NCBI GenBank assembly: GCA_016748015.1
Contig: JAAOMT010000029.1
Location: 65,652 to 111,215 of the forward strand
Direction: 5' to 3'
Origin: Geosiphon pyriformis uo1
Lineage: Eukaryota; Fungi; Glomeromycota
DNA length: 45,564 bases
Part shown: piece after piece, positions 1 to 11,475 of the stretch
Numbering within the stretch: the first letter of the stretch is position 1
How the letters are laid out: the number at the start of each line of letters is the position of its first letter
Program-made: the position numbers and the translations under genes
Notes under the pieces: model-generated
Seen by the model: the letters and a program-made list of their open reading frames with translations, nothing else
Database searches by the model: none
What the model was told of the DNA's origin: nothing

Positions 1-439
1 AAAACTTGGATTTTATGGGGAAGTGTTCTGGGTTTAGTTATCAAGGCAATTCCGCAATTTCTTGTGCAGGTACGTAAATTTGACTAACTAAAATCTTTTT
101 TCGATTTGAAATTGAAATTTAATTGGTTTCATTTTCTTTCAGATCTTGTATCGGAAAAATGTTGTAACGTGTGATATCATTCCTCTAATCACTCTAATTC
201 TCAGCGCCGTTCTTCTTCTCAGCAATATATTGCACAAAATATTTTTCTTAATCCAACAGCTGAAAAAACCAAAACATCAGAAAGTCCCAAATTTTCTTAA
301 AGACGAAGAAGAGTTCAACAATTTAAAAAATCAAAAACTTAATGCGAGTACCTTTGATCTTGAGCCTTCGGATTCCTCCACAGTTATTGCAGATCACAAA
401 TCTGGTTTGTTATCAAAACCTTCTTTGGGAAGGGGTTAA
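1..439 (+). CDS. 3' part of a multi-pass membrane protein gene (5'-truncated by window), copy A; join(<1..69,143..439)
   Basis: GT-AG intron 70..142 (gtacgt...actaac...ttttctttcag). Spliced frame reads KTWILWGSVLGLVIKAIPQFLVQ|ILYRKNVVTCDIIPLITLILSAVLLLSNILHKIFFL, i.e. two hydrophobic helices and a charged tail. Near-identical copy at the other window end. Confidence 0.7.
43..422. repeat. Left arm of ~380-bp inverted duplication (partner 45185..45564)
   Basis: Reverse complement of 45185..45564 aligns without indels (position sum 45607). About 7 substitutions by eye, intron included. Confidence 0.95.
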
Positions 440-829
440 GAATTGAGCTTGATACTGTTCTTGAATACAATAAGCGGGCTGTGGAGGAGGTTGCATTTGC
501 AGAACTTGTGAAGCTCGATCATGGACAAACGTTTGCGTTGGTGGGACCTGAACTAAATTATGCGGTTTATGAGTGATCGATTCGCTCTTAGTGTCTCTGT
601 GGTAATATACATTGGAGAGTTTTTTTCTTATGCAAATATAATTTTTTTTAAGCGATTTAATAACGAAAATAAAGCCAGAATGGATTTTTTTTGAGTGATT
701 TAATCGCATGGCTCATAATCATGATAAAGGATATGAGTATCACTCCATAAGTAAGAGAGTTCTGCCCTTGTGTTGAGTGCAACACTTCCAATAGCCCAAG
801 TCATAAATATGAAATATACAAACCATATT

Positions 830-1514
830 GATTGATTTGTCGTTGCGTTACCGAAATCGCCAAACTAACTGTTTTCCCCTTCGCACTTCTCAACATTATG
901 TCCCCCTACTTTGGGAAAATGGCTAATTTTCGGATATTCATCGTCACACCAGATCGGCAAGATCGTGCGCGGAAATCATTTCGTTGCGGCAGCCGAAATC
1001 AAAGCGCTCAAAGAAAATCTATCCAGAATTCGAAGTCGGCAAATAAACTGTCCGGTACAAGCTCTCAAGGCTTGGCTACATTGCCATTCTGCTCAAACTT
1101 TCAATAAAAATGTGTATGAGGATCTCCAAGCAAGAGTTCCATGTCGTGTTTTGCTGTGGTTATCATATAGCCCACAACTCGACCTCATTGAGAATATTTG
1201 GGCTGTTGCGAAATACGAAAAGTATTGTAGAGAAAAAAAGTGATAGAAATAGTGACAAAAAAAAGGGTGTTTCAAGAGATTTTTATTAGTTAATAAAAAA
1301 GAATAGTAATCTTTCTAGAAAAGATAAAATTTAATAACATTTGTACCATGTCTGCCCTTATTCAAGCTTGTATAAATGCAGTACCTAATATTAATTTTTA
1401 CACATATTAAAGCATTAATGTTAAGGTATCTTTGATAAAAAGCTTCTAGATTTCTGTTTGAGAAAATCTTGTAATTTATAAAAAATGTCCGCCATTACTT
1501 CCACCGGAACTGTA
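830..1514 (+). mobile_element. Degenerate Tc1/mariner DNA transposon remnant
   Basis: VLLWLSYSPQLDLIENIWAVAK matches the Tc1 WPxxSPDLNPIENxW motif. A C-terminal-like ICTMSALIQACINA lies at ~1340-1380. The putative right TIR ends ...ccggaactg followed by TA at 1513-1514. Internally deleted and frameshifted. Left TIR not found, so the left boundary is approximate. Confidence 0.75.
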
Positions 1515-2543
1515 TATTTTAGATTAGTGTTTGGTAAGATTTTATTTATTCCCAAATATTTAAAATAATAGGCAAAAATTTTAATTGAATTTGGGTTTTA
1601 AATAATTAACAAGCTGTTTTATTTGATATAATGTTTTGTTTAATTATCACTAAAATGCAGCCTTGTTTATTGTACTTAGTTTCAAAAGCCTTCATGTGAA
1701 TCATAAAAACAAATATAATTCTTGAAAACTTTTACCATTTCTATCATATATTTTGGAATTCTTGTTCTGGTCCTAAAAACTAAATGGCAACAAACATTAA
1801 TGGTTAGGAATAAATGTTCTTTTTTTCACAATTTGGAATTTTCATAAACTAAATGCTTAAAGTTTGTCTTTATATTGCCATCATATTTATTAAACAGATA
1901 ATAACTTCAAAAATGCAGAAACCAGAAAAAAAATAGGTTTTTATTGTTAAACGAGTTGGTTAAAAACCATTATCCACTTTTTTGGCAGACACTAAATATT
2001 ATTGAGCACTTGAACTCTCTTGACAGATGTTTGTGCTGGAATGGTTATTAATCTAGTGAATTGAATACAACTAACGCAATCAATTTATAAAATGATTGAT
2101 TCGAAGATTATATTTTTCTATAATCTCTTTGTTGTTTAATATCATAACATAACTAAATAAGCCCTGCTTTCTTGAAGCCAAAAGAACAATTCCTATTATA
2201 ATTCTAACTCAAAACAAAAAAATGAATCTTTTTTGTTTGATAAGTTATGCTATAAAATTCTCTTATTCGTATAAGATTTAATTAGATACAAATTTCCCAT
2301 AATTTTCGATGCAGGACTGAATTGTAAGTTTTAATGAGAAATTCGGAGTTTTCGGTTCTCATATAAATAAGGGGCTAAAATTCTCAGCTCTAAAAAGGAG
2401 GATCGTCACTGGCTAAGCAGATTATACAGTCTAATTACTTCGACGTGTACCAACTTGAAACCTTATTAGCTGCTCATTATAAAGGAAATCCCTGATGCAT
2501 ATATTTTTCATCAATCCTAGCTCAAACTTACTGATATTCTCTC

Positions 2544-3516
2544 ATGTCAAATAAAGAAATTACATTATTACAACCCACTCCCAACATGGAGAATTCGGTC
2601 ACTGAATATACAAAAGCAGAAGAAGAAATCTTTTCCGAAGTGTGGAGAGTTTTTAGGTTGCGCAACGATAACTGGGTTAATGATGAGTCAATCTCAAACG
2701 AAATAAAGTGTTTAATCGACAATTCAAAGACGGATGCGGAACGTATTTCTCAAATGTTTTTTCAAAAACAAGTGAACCTGGAATATGCTTGTATACTGGC
2801 GCTGTTCAATTATTATGGAATTGGAATGCCAATTTATAGGGAACAAGGATTCGAGTGGTATAAAAGGGCTGCAGAGGAGGCAAACGATTTATTGGCCCAG
2901 ATAGAATTGGGATATTGTTATACACATTCCTATGGGACTCACCTTGACTATACTAAGGCCTTTTATTGGCACAAGAAAGCGAGTGATGGTGGTAGTCCTG
3001 GGGGTCATTATTTTCTAGGGACTTGTTATGAACAAGGTATTTTGGGATTTATGTATTATCTGATCTGCTTTAGCGTTCAGACTTTCCTTACCATCAACGG
3101 GCATATATTTCAATTCTTTTATAAAACCTGTTATTCATACTATCATGATTAACAATCTACTTGTATAATCTTTCTTACCAGGAATTGGAACCGAAAAGAG
3201 GCCTGAAATGGCATTCTTTTATTATCAAAAAGCTGTAAATGAACAATATTTTGGTGCGTTGCCTTGGCTTGCATGTTGCTATGAAAGGGGTTTCGGTACA
3301 AGCAAGAATGGGGTTAAATCTTTTTATTGGGCTGATAAAGGCCGTCAGATGAAGAACATTCATGCAACAATGAGTTTGGCAAGACTCTATGAAAATGGGG
3401 TTGGGAGATGTAGAGATATTCATAAAGCAATATACTGGTACAGCAAGGGCAAGAGCAAAGATGATGACAGATATGATTCGTTATTTGCTCTCAATCTTCT
3501 TTTCAAAGTTCAATAA
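2544..3516 (+). CDS. Sel1-like repeat (SLR/HCP-like) protein, ~275 aa; join(2544..3036,3182..3516)
   Basis: Repeated Sel1 motifs (AQIELGYCYTHSYGTHLDYTKAFYWHKKAS; LARLYENGVGRCRDIHKAIYWYSKG). GT-AG intron 3037..3181 joins CYEQG|IGTEKRPEMAFFYYQKA in frame. Confidence 0.9.
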
Positions 3517-5183
3517 AGTTGGGAATATGAATCTGTGTGTCATTCCTATTATGAAATTTATTATTGTGTGAAATGTTACTAGTAGATTTATTTGGGGGTG
3601 GGTATAGCAATTTTTCACAAAAATTACCCTTATATGGTTCGATATTTTATATTCTTTTACATAACATGTGTAGACCAGATGAAATTTTCTTTTGCGTTGT
3701 CTTAGTGTCCAGCTATTTCAAAAATATCCTCTGATTCGAGTATAGTAAGTGAAGAAATCATTTCGCCAAAAAATCTAGCGAATAGATTCTTACCCAAATT
3801 GCTAAAACAATTGAGAGGAATCAATATCTTTAAATTCAACATAATTTTGTAAAAAGCCGTTTACGACAAACATTCTTTTGAGTGGCGTTTAAGATAGAAA
3901 AAATTGAAGACTTTCTCATAATATATAAGGCTGCTTGATCAGAGAATTATTCCAATCCACTCTACTGCAATTAATTTCAAAGATAGCTTACAAATCTATT
4001 GTGAATTGGACTTTTGAGATATATTTTGATTTGAAAACCCGAATTTTGGCTCCAACAAAGTACATGTACGTATTTCTCTGTTTCTTATACATGTACATGT
4101 ATTTGAATAATTTTTACAATCAGATGACTTTACTCGATACGTTTTTGTTTATCACATCAGGTATAAAACTTACCCACACGTAAATTAGGTTTATTAAGTC
4201 TACTGTGTGATTTTGTGTTAAACAGATATAAATAAACCAGCTGTTAATTAGATTAAAAATTTGGGCAGGCTTAGTACATGTATATAATAGAGGGAAATTA
4301 TCAAACAAGGATATAAAAGGCTACTAAATAAATATATCTTTAAACTTTTCATTGAATTCAATTTTCATGCTAAGCCAGTATGAAAATGACTTAATTTATT
4401 GATCATCAATCACATCAAGTGTAAAATATCAGGTAAAACTTTAGCAAAATATCATTCATAACTTTTCAAGCGATAGAAATTATTCTAACTTATTAAATTC
4501 TGGATAAAATTAAAGTTAAGAAAATGTTTGCAAATAAAGTCAAGATCGGATACTTTGATTACAGCAACATGGTGCAATCAATTTAGAGCTTTCAGAAAAG
4601 ACAAGGGAAATTTGAATATTTTCAAATTTGACACCTTGAATTGATCCCAATATCAAAATCATTGCTTTTTAATTTTTGTCCTACATTACCTGTATTCGAA
4701 ATAGAGGGTTGCAAAAAGACTTTCAAAGCACAATGATTTCAGAAAAAGTTACAAAATCAAGTTCCCTGTTTTTGGAGTGTTAAATGCCCCCCTCCCCAAG
4801 TAAAATAGCTAAATCTGGAACTCATTCAAATTCATCTCATTTGACAGCACAAAATCGTCTGATTTTTTCCCCTATTTCATATGGTAGACAATACTCGGCA
4901 TATCGTATGATTTTTGGAACAATTTTTTACAAAAACGTGATGCATTATGTCTTGGCTTTTTACCCAACTCTTGCTGGAAGCTCTTATGAAAGGGTTGAAA
5001 ATTGAAAGTTTTTAAAGGAATCTTTTTATTCCACTTCTTTCTATTAAAATTCACAATTTTAAAGTCTTGAAAAGGAATTTCCTCAGTATTTATAACAAAT
5101 TTGATTATTCCAGTAAAGCAGTTCATCAATATTAACAATACCTACTTGACACTTTTTCTTGGTGAAAATATATAAAAACCCAA

Positions 5184-6385
5184 ATGACATTACCACCATT
5201 TTCTTCGGGTGACTTCCACTATACAGAGCTAGAATTTAAGGATATAGTTATTGATGAAAGGCATCCATTTTATATCGGTGACTGGAAAAAAGCAATTGCC
5301 TTCATTGACGACGATTTTGCAATGGACGATCTGGACGAGCCACACTTAAAACGAGGAATAACAATTTTTAAACAACATCCAGAAATCGAGAAGCTATATG
5401 GTTATGAGCCAAAAACTCTGCCAATCACAATTTTTGCCACAATTTTTCAATTATCTGCTGCTTATACCTTTGGAAAAGTCTTCAATAATTGCGATTGGAT
5501 ATTGCTAATTTATGCGTATATCATTGGGGGCTCCACATCACAACTTTTTGGTGTTATCATTCATGAAGCAGCGCATGGGCTTGCTGCTTCAACGCAATTT
5601 CAAAACCGGATCGTCGGACTATTAGCCAATATTTCGATTCCATTTCCAATCGCCATGTTATTTCGTCGTTATCATTTAGACCATCATAGATTTACTGGTG
5701 TTGTGGGCATAGATTTGGATTTACCCTTGGAATGGGAAAAAAAATTTATAAGAGGGAACGCGTTTTTAAAGTTTCTATGGGTTACATTTTATCCGGCGAT
5801 TTGCTCATGGCGAACGGTTAAACACTTAAGATCCCCTCAATACTGGGAATATATAAATGCTGTTTTTACAGCCACAAGCAATATTATTATCTTCTTTTTA
5901 TGTGGCTCGAGGGGTTTTTTCTTTTTGTTAATTTCCTCATGGTTTGGCTATGGACTTCACCCTGCTGCAGCTCATTATATACAAGAACATTTTACTTTTG
6001 ACGATGGTCAAGAAACTTATTCATATTACGGGAATTTAAATAAGTTGTTAATGAACATAGGATATCACAATGAACATCATGACTTTACACAGGTAATATT
6101 TTGTTTCTGATTTTCCAAATATCCTCCTTTTGAAAACGAATAAAAATTGGTTGAACACTATAGATTCCTTGGTCAAGATTGCCAAAAGTTAAGGAATTAG
6201 CTCCCGACTTTTATGAAAATCTTGCTTACCATACCTCATGGTTTGCAGTACATTGGAATTTTATTACGCAAAGACAATTTGGTCCACAAAGCCGCCTCTC
6301 TCGAACCATCAGTGATCACAAAAGGGGAAGAAAAATGCTTAGAAACGTAAAACATTTTTTTAATGACGAACAATATTACAATTGA
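5184..6385 (+). CDS. DES1: Sphingolipid delta(4)-desaturase/C4-hydroxylase family, ~376 aa; join(5184..6092,6164..6385)
   Basis: N-terminal DEPHLKR...HPEIEKLYG motif and three His boxes (HEAAH, HLDHH, HNEHH). Also HPAAAHYIQEH and QETYSYYG. Intron 6093..6163 gives HDFTQ|IPWSRLP. Confidence 0.93.
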
Positions 6386-6478
6386 AAAACGTCCCACATG
6401 TATGTTTGGGGTGATAAAAATCAAAAGGACTTACTATTATTATGTATAATGTGGATATTTTGTTGAAATCTTTAAACA

Positions 6479-7198
6479 TTAGGTTCTTGCTTCTGTGTCA
6501 GCGCCACTCCATACCTGCTTCCCAGCACGTGGTCCCAAAGTGATATGCGGGTCATCAGTTGATGTATCATCAAATTCAATTGGTTCTAATTCATGCACTA
6601 TGATCGCCTTATTCAGGGCCTCTTTACGGATTGCTTGATTTTGATTTCGACGCTCGGGAGTCGCCATTGCCTTAAAATCGTTGATACAAATAAAAAATTT
6701 TGAAAGAATAATAGGCTTAAAGCATTCAAACGTAATATATTACTTCAGCATCCATATTAACAAAATCAGCTTCACTTATATCACCATTTGCCACCCTTTT
6801 GCGAAGCTCAAGGTTTTTCTTCAGATTCCAAATATGGCTGCGTGTCTTATTCTTGTATTCCTGAGCAGTATTGGAGCCACAATTATAGATTTTTTCTTCG
6901 ATACACTCTGCTTTTTGGTAAAGGCGATTTTTTTCATCTTGTATTAAAAAAAAAATCATATTTTACAATGACTTTGTGCAAGATGCATATTCCAATTCAG
7001 ATAGTCAAAATTCATCATAACACTTTAATACCTTGACTAAGGTCACATCCATCTATCAAAGCTTCGTATATCAGTGCTACAACTTAAAATTGCAACAATA
7101 TTAAATGAAAAAGAATAAGCAGTAAAAGTTCCAACCAGAAAAAACCAACTTTTTTTACGAGTTTTATCCGAAACATCGACTTTATTATTTGCTGACAT
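6479..7198 (-). CDS. Stand-alone TFIIS central (TFIIS_M) domain protein, ~161 aa; complement(join(6479..6670,6744..6937,7032..7082,7150..7198))
   Basis: Four exons with phase-compatible GT-AG introns. Reads MSANNKVDVSDKTRKKIVALIYEALIDG...AECIEEKIY...YKNKTRSHIWNLKKNLELRKRVANGDISEADFVNMDAEAMATPERR, matching the TFIIS domain II pattern YKxKxRSxxxNLKxxxxLRxxV. Confidence 0.8.
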
Positions 7199-7283
7199 TA
7201 AAAATTCACTACAGTTTTTCGCTCAGAGAAAATAAAAGGAAGCAAGTTTAAAATAGCGCGAGATATATGATTTGAAATAATTA

Positions 7284-7291
7284 TGACGTCA
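7284..7291. promoter_or_regulatory. Possible CRE/ATF bZIP site TGACGTCA
   Basis: Perfect palindromic octamer ~85 bp upstream of the TFIIS_M gene ATG. Motif match only. Confidence 0.25.
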
Positions 7292-7489
7292 GCAGTGAAG
7301 TAATGAGGTTGCTAAAATTTAGTCATTTCTGTTGATTATGCCAAAATGTTTATGGTCCAGATTTTTATTGATCTCAAACCTTTAAAGTCTGAGAAACTCG
7401 TGACGAAAAGGTTAGTGAAAAGAAAGCTTATATAACATGAAAAATTATTCTTTTTGGCAACTAATTCCAAGCGATGAAAGATTTTGCAT

Positions 7490-8655
7490 TATTAAATATT
7501 CTCAGATGGATTGTAATATATCAAATAATAGACAATGCTACTATTTCCTGCATGATCTACAGAGAGTGTCAAGGCTCCATTTCGGCATTTATACATCTCA
7601 GATCCTCCGATGTTTTGGATGTTTCCACACAAACTGCAAGTCTTGGACATATAATCTTCATTTTGGATAATAACATGAACTCCTAATTCCTAGGCCTTGC
7701 TGACCAGGCGTTGTAAAAAGCGATTATACGCCTAAAAAAGCATTTCCGGATAATCTTTTTGTTTTGCAATTCACCATGTCCGATACTTCAAAAGGAGGTA
7801 TGATTTCATTTAGCAGGTGTATAACTTTTTGCCACATCCGAAAAATCGTCTTATCGGGTCACCAGGTCATTTTATTCTTGCTTTTTGAGGAAGATGCTAA
7901 TAACATCCATTTTGGAGATGAGATCATTCATGTACTTTCAATGCGAATTATACGTCCAATAGAACGTTTGCCAATCTCGTCTACACCTTTTGCGGGAGAG
8001 TACCATGTAAAAGGTGTATGAACGCCAGGAACAATAGACTACGTGAACAGATAAACTCCCATTCATTAGTTTTGTGACAGTAACGGGCCACCTACTATTA
8101 TGCCTTTTTTTTCGAAATCAAGAGGCCACAAAACATGCTTATCATTATCCAGAATGGTGGTAGGCTTATAAAGATGTGTAGTAAGCATTGACGGATTATA
8201 GAGATAAGTGACATAAAAACGGTTCCATGTAGTTTTCGAGAAATTCTGTCATTTTTGCCGCAGATCTTTTCGAGATCAAAATGATAGAGTGTGCTGATAG
8301 ACCTTGCCGATTTGAATTACGCTTAATTCTTCTCCAGCAATCAATGCTTCATCGATTATGTTCGCAGACGCTTTGCCTTGGGTACCCTGAAGCAACATTC
8401 CAAGACATAAAACGGTTCGCATGAACTTGATTTCGCCCCATATTGCAGCTTTTTGGAGTTCTTCATGTTCATTCAAATTTATCTTTGATGGATTGAGGCT
8501 TTATCCAAGCTTGTTGTGATTAATCAATATGGGAATTTATAGCATAAAAATGGCGATATCGACTCTATTAGACAATAATATTATAAGCAAGCCCATCCAC
8601 CGCTTCAAGAACTGCTTGAGGATGATTCGGATACACCTTAATTAATAGTATACGG
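7490..8655 (-). pseudogene. tnpB: TnpB/Fanzor2-like RNA-guided nuclease pseudogene
   Basis: Fragments across frames, in order: RILLIKVYPN..LKRWMG..AYN; TLSF*SRKDLRQ; SIVPGVHTPFTWYSP (RuvC-I SIDPG with D>V at 8032-8030); IIPPFEVSDMVN; AYNRFLQRLVSKA*ELGVHVIIQNEDYMSKTCSLCGNIQNIGGSEMYKCRN (ExxxSKTCxxCG zinc ribbon). Multiple stops, frameshifts and deletions; RuvC-III DRD motif absent. Confidence 0.85.
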
Positions 8656-8669
8656 AAAATGGAAGAAAA

Positions 8670-8942
8670 AGAAATATTGAAAAACGTCAAAAGGCAAGTC
8701 GTCAAAGTTTATCATGGCGGGCGACCACAGTTTCCGAGACCATTCCGCGGATTATTTTTAGTTTGCACTAGAAACACGGACAATGGTAGTGGTATCAGCA
8801 TTTTGAGTAGTTCAAGAAAGAAGGGTATTTATTTTCGTGATTTTGAACCTGATAGTAAGCATCAGTATATTAACAAGGAATGATACCAGTCCCGGTTGAA
8901 TAATCAAATGTATTTTGAAAATGGCTTAATATGAAGCTCAAA
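8670..8942 (-). pseudogene. tnpA: IS607 TnpA-like serine recombinase remnant
   Basis: RVSSA at 8778..8764 matches the resolvase catalytic (Y)xRVSS motif. It is followed by IIRGMVSETVVARHDKL*RLAFD (VVxxxDRLxR motif). Upstream SFILSHFQNTFDYSTGT resembles a decayed N-terminal HTH. Heavily deleted. Confidence 0.7.
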
Positions 8943-9243
8943 AAAGGTTGAAAATTAATAATATGCAATTAAAATGAAAATATCTTTCTTAATTATATAA
9001 AAATATTCAAAAAAAATTGTTTTTAATAATATTTTTTTAGAATTTTGATTGTATTTTTAAATAAAAACATCTTAATATTTTAGATTTTTATTTATCACAA
9101 GTTCAATTTTTTCAGCTTTTCATGAATAATAAAATAATTTCATGTTTTAGATTTCTTTTTATTAAAATTTCATTTAGGAAAAAAAATCTCATTCAAAATA
9201 TTTTCCATTTCAATATTTCAAAATGAAAAACAACTAATTTACA

Positions 9244-11475
9244 AAAAAAAAATTTTGTATTTTCCATTTATTTAATCTAAAAAGCCAGAACTATCAATAA
9301 GATACTTTTTGTAATTTTTTAAAAATATATTAAGAATGTTAAAAAACTTTGTAGTTTAAAAAAAATTAAATCTTTCATTGGTTGTAAAGCTTGAAAATTC
9401 AAGATTCTTTGTTATATACTAATTAGCAATTTTGAAATGATCCAGAATCTTATATACATTCATATATTGGAAGACAAACAATAAAAGAAGTAAGGACTGA
9501 TTTTCCGCATTAATCTAACGAGAAAATGTTCTAAAAAGCGGCTTTTTTTTTGAGCTATTTTTGGAAGCATTTGTAAAACTTTAATGGAAAAACCTATAAG
9601 TCAATTAATATTTTCTGAATTTTCGAAGAAAGATTTGATCAAATTGAGACAGTGTGTTGCATTTTGAGAGAATATCATTTGATCCTTTTTTTAGATAATT
9701 GTACTTCCAAGGCTTACTAACTGCCTACCCAGTGTGTGGGAAATATTAACTAATCTATAGAGTTCCAAAAGGCAAAGTGTTTTTGTGTATTAAATAAGCG
9801 GTTATCTCATGGCATATTTTCATTTTCACACATTTTTCTAGACCTACCCGCTGATTATGTGTGTAATCTCAAACAACCCTGTCATTTTGTATTATCTCAA
9901 ATCTTTTCTTTATTTACATTAAAGAAATAAGGTTTGTGTTTGTTATTTAAACATTGTACATGAACTAATCTCAAATGATCATTTGTGTTCAAAACATTCC
10001 TTTTCTCTTTTAGACGCCAATTTTGGAAAATTGCAAAAATATATTGAAAGAACACTTGATCTACATTATATATTAATTATAGATTACTCACCAAAAGAAC
10101 AGAATTTCTCAAATCCCATTAAAATTTCATTTTAAAAAAATATTCATCTATTAATTTTAGATATAAAAGGAAAGATTTGAATCTTATTTCAAAAAAAGTA
10201 TAAAGATTGACAAAATTTCATGTTTTTTATCCGTTTACTCTCACCCCGAGCCGATTTTTCCTGCAAAAAATTGACCTTTACTATACTATATTACACACTA
10301 TTGTTACAGAAGATTCTCAAAATGACTTTGAGTACAATTCTCATTTGATNNNNNNNNNNNNNNNNNNNNAAAAAAAAATTTTGTATTTTCCATTTATTTA
10401 ATCTAAAAAGCCAGAACTATCAATAAGATACTTTTTGTAATTTTTTAAAAATATATTAAGAATGTTAAAAAACTTTGTAGTTTAAAAAAAATTAAATCTT
10501 TCATTGGTTGTAAAGCTTGAAAATTCAAGATTCTTTGTTATATACTAATTAGCAATTTTGAAATGATCCAGAATCTTATATACATTCATATATTGGAAGA
10601 CAAACAATAAAAGAAGTAAGGACTGATTTTCCGCATTAATCTAACGAGAAAATGTTCTAAAAAGCGGCTTTTTTTTTGAGCTATTTTTGGAAGCATTTGT
10701 AAAACTTTAATGGAAAAACCTATAAGTCAATTAATATTTTCTGAATTTTCGAAGAAAGATTTGATCAAATTGAGACAGTGTGTTGCATTTTGAGAGAATA
10801 TCATTTGATCCTTTTTTTAGATAATTGTACTTCCAAGGCTTACTAACTGCCTACCCAGTGTGTGGGAAATATTAACTAATCTATAGAGTTCCAAAAGGCA
10901 AAGTGTTTTTGTGTATTAAATAAGCGGTTATCTCATGGCATATTTTCATTTTCACACATTTTTCTAGACCTACCCGCTGATTATGTGTGTAATCTCAAAC
11001 AACCCTGTCATTTTGTATTATCTCAAATCTTTTCTTTATTTACATTAAAGAAATAAGGTTTGTGTTTGTTATTTAAACATTGTACATGAACTAATCTCAA
11101 ATGATCATTTGTGTTCAAAACATTCCTTTTCTCTTTTAGACGCCAATTTTGGAAAATTGCAAAAATATATTGAAAGAACACTTGATCTACATTATATATT
11201 AATTATAGATTACTCACCAAAAGAACAGAATTTCTCAAATCCCATTAAAATTTCATTTTAAAAAAATATTCATCTATTAATTTTAGATATAAAAGGAAAG
11301 ATTTGAATCTTATTTCAAAAAAAGTATAAAGATTGACAAAATTTCATGTTTTTTATCCGTTTACTCTCACCCCGAGCCGATTTTTCCTGCAAAAAATTGA
11401 CCTTTACTATACTATATTACACACTATTGTTACAGAAGATTCTCAAAATGACTTTGAGTACAATTCTCATTTGAT
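9244..11475 (+). repeat. Identical ~1.1-kb direct repeat (9244..10349 and 10370..11475) flanking a 20-N scaffold gap; probable assembly artefact
   Basis: Constant offset 1126 and no differences seen. Copy 1 ends and copy 2 begins exactly at the N run 10350..10369. Confidence 0.9.

Larger units (their letters stand above)
7467..8942 (-). mobile_element. Decayed IS607-family element (tnpA serine recombinase + TnpB/Fanzor2)
   Basis: tnpA-like fragments followed by tnpB-like fragments, collinear on the minus strand, in a locally GC-richer island. Ends are approximate. Confidence 0.8.

Noticed and set aside
8039-8095. Apparent GT-AG intron within the tnpB remnant (gtaggt...cacgtag)
   Set aside because: The interval itself translates to a TnpB-like strand (YCHKTNEWEFI), so it is more likely decayed coding sequence than a domesticated intron.
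7437-8883. Plus-strand short ORFs (7437, 7474, 7764, 8659)
   Set aside because: Antisense shadows of the IS607/TnpB pseudogene.
9244-11475. 1.1-kb tandem duplication as a biological repeat or LTR pair
   Set aside because: The copies are identical and abut a 20-N gap exactly, the signature of an unmerged contig overlap. No TG...CA ends or internal retroelement sequence.
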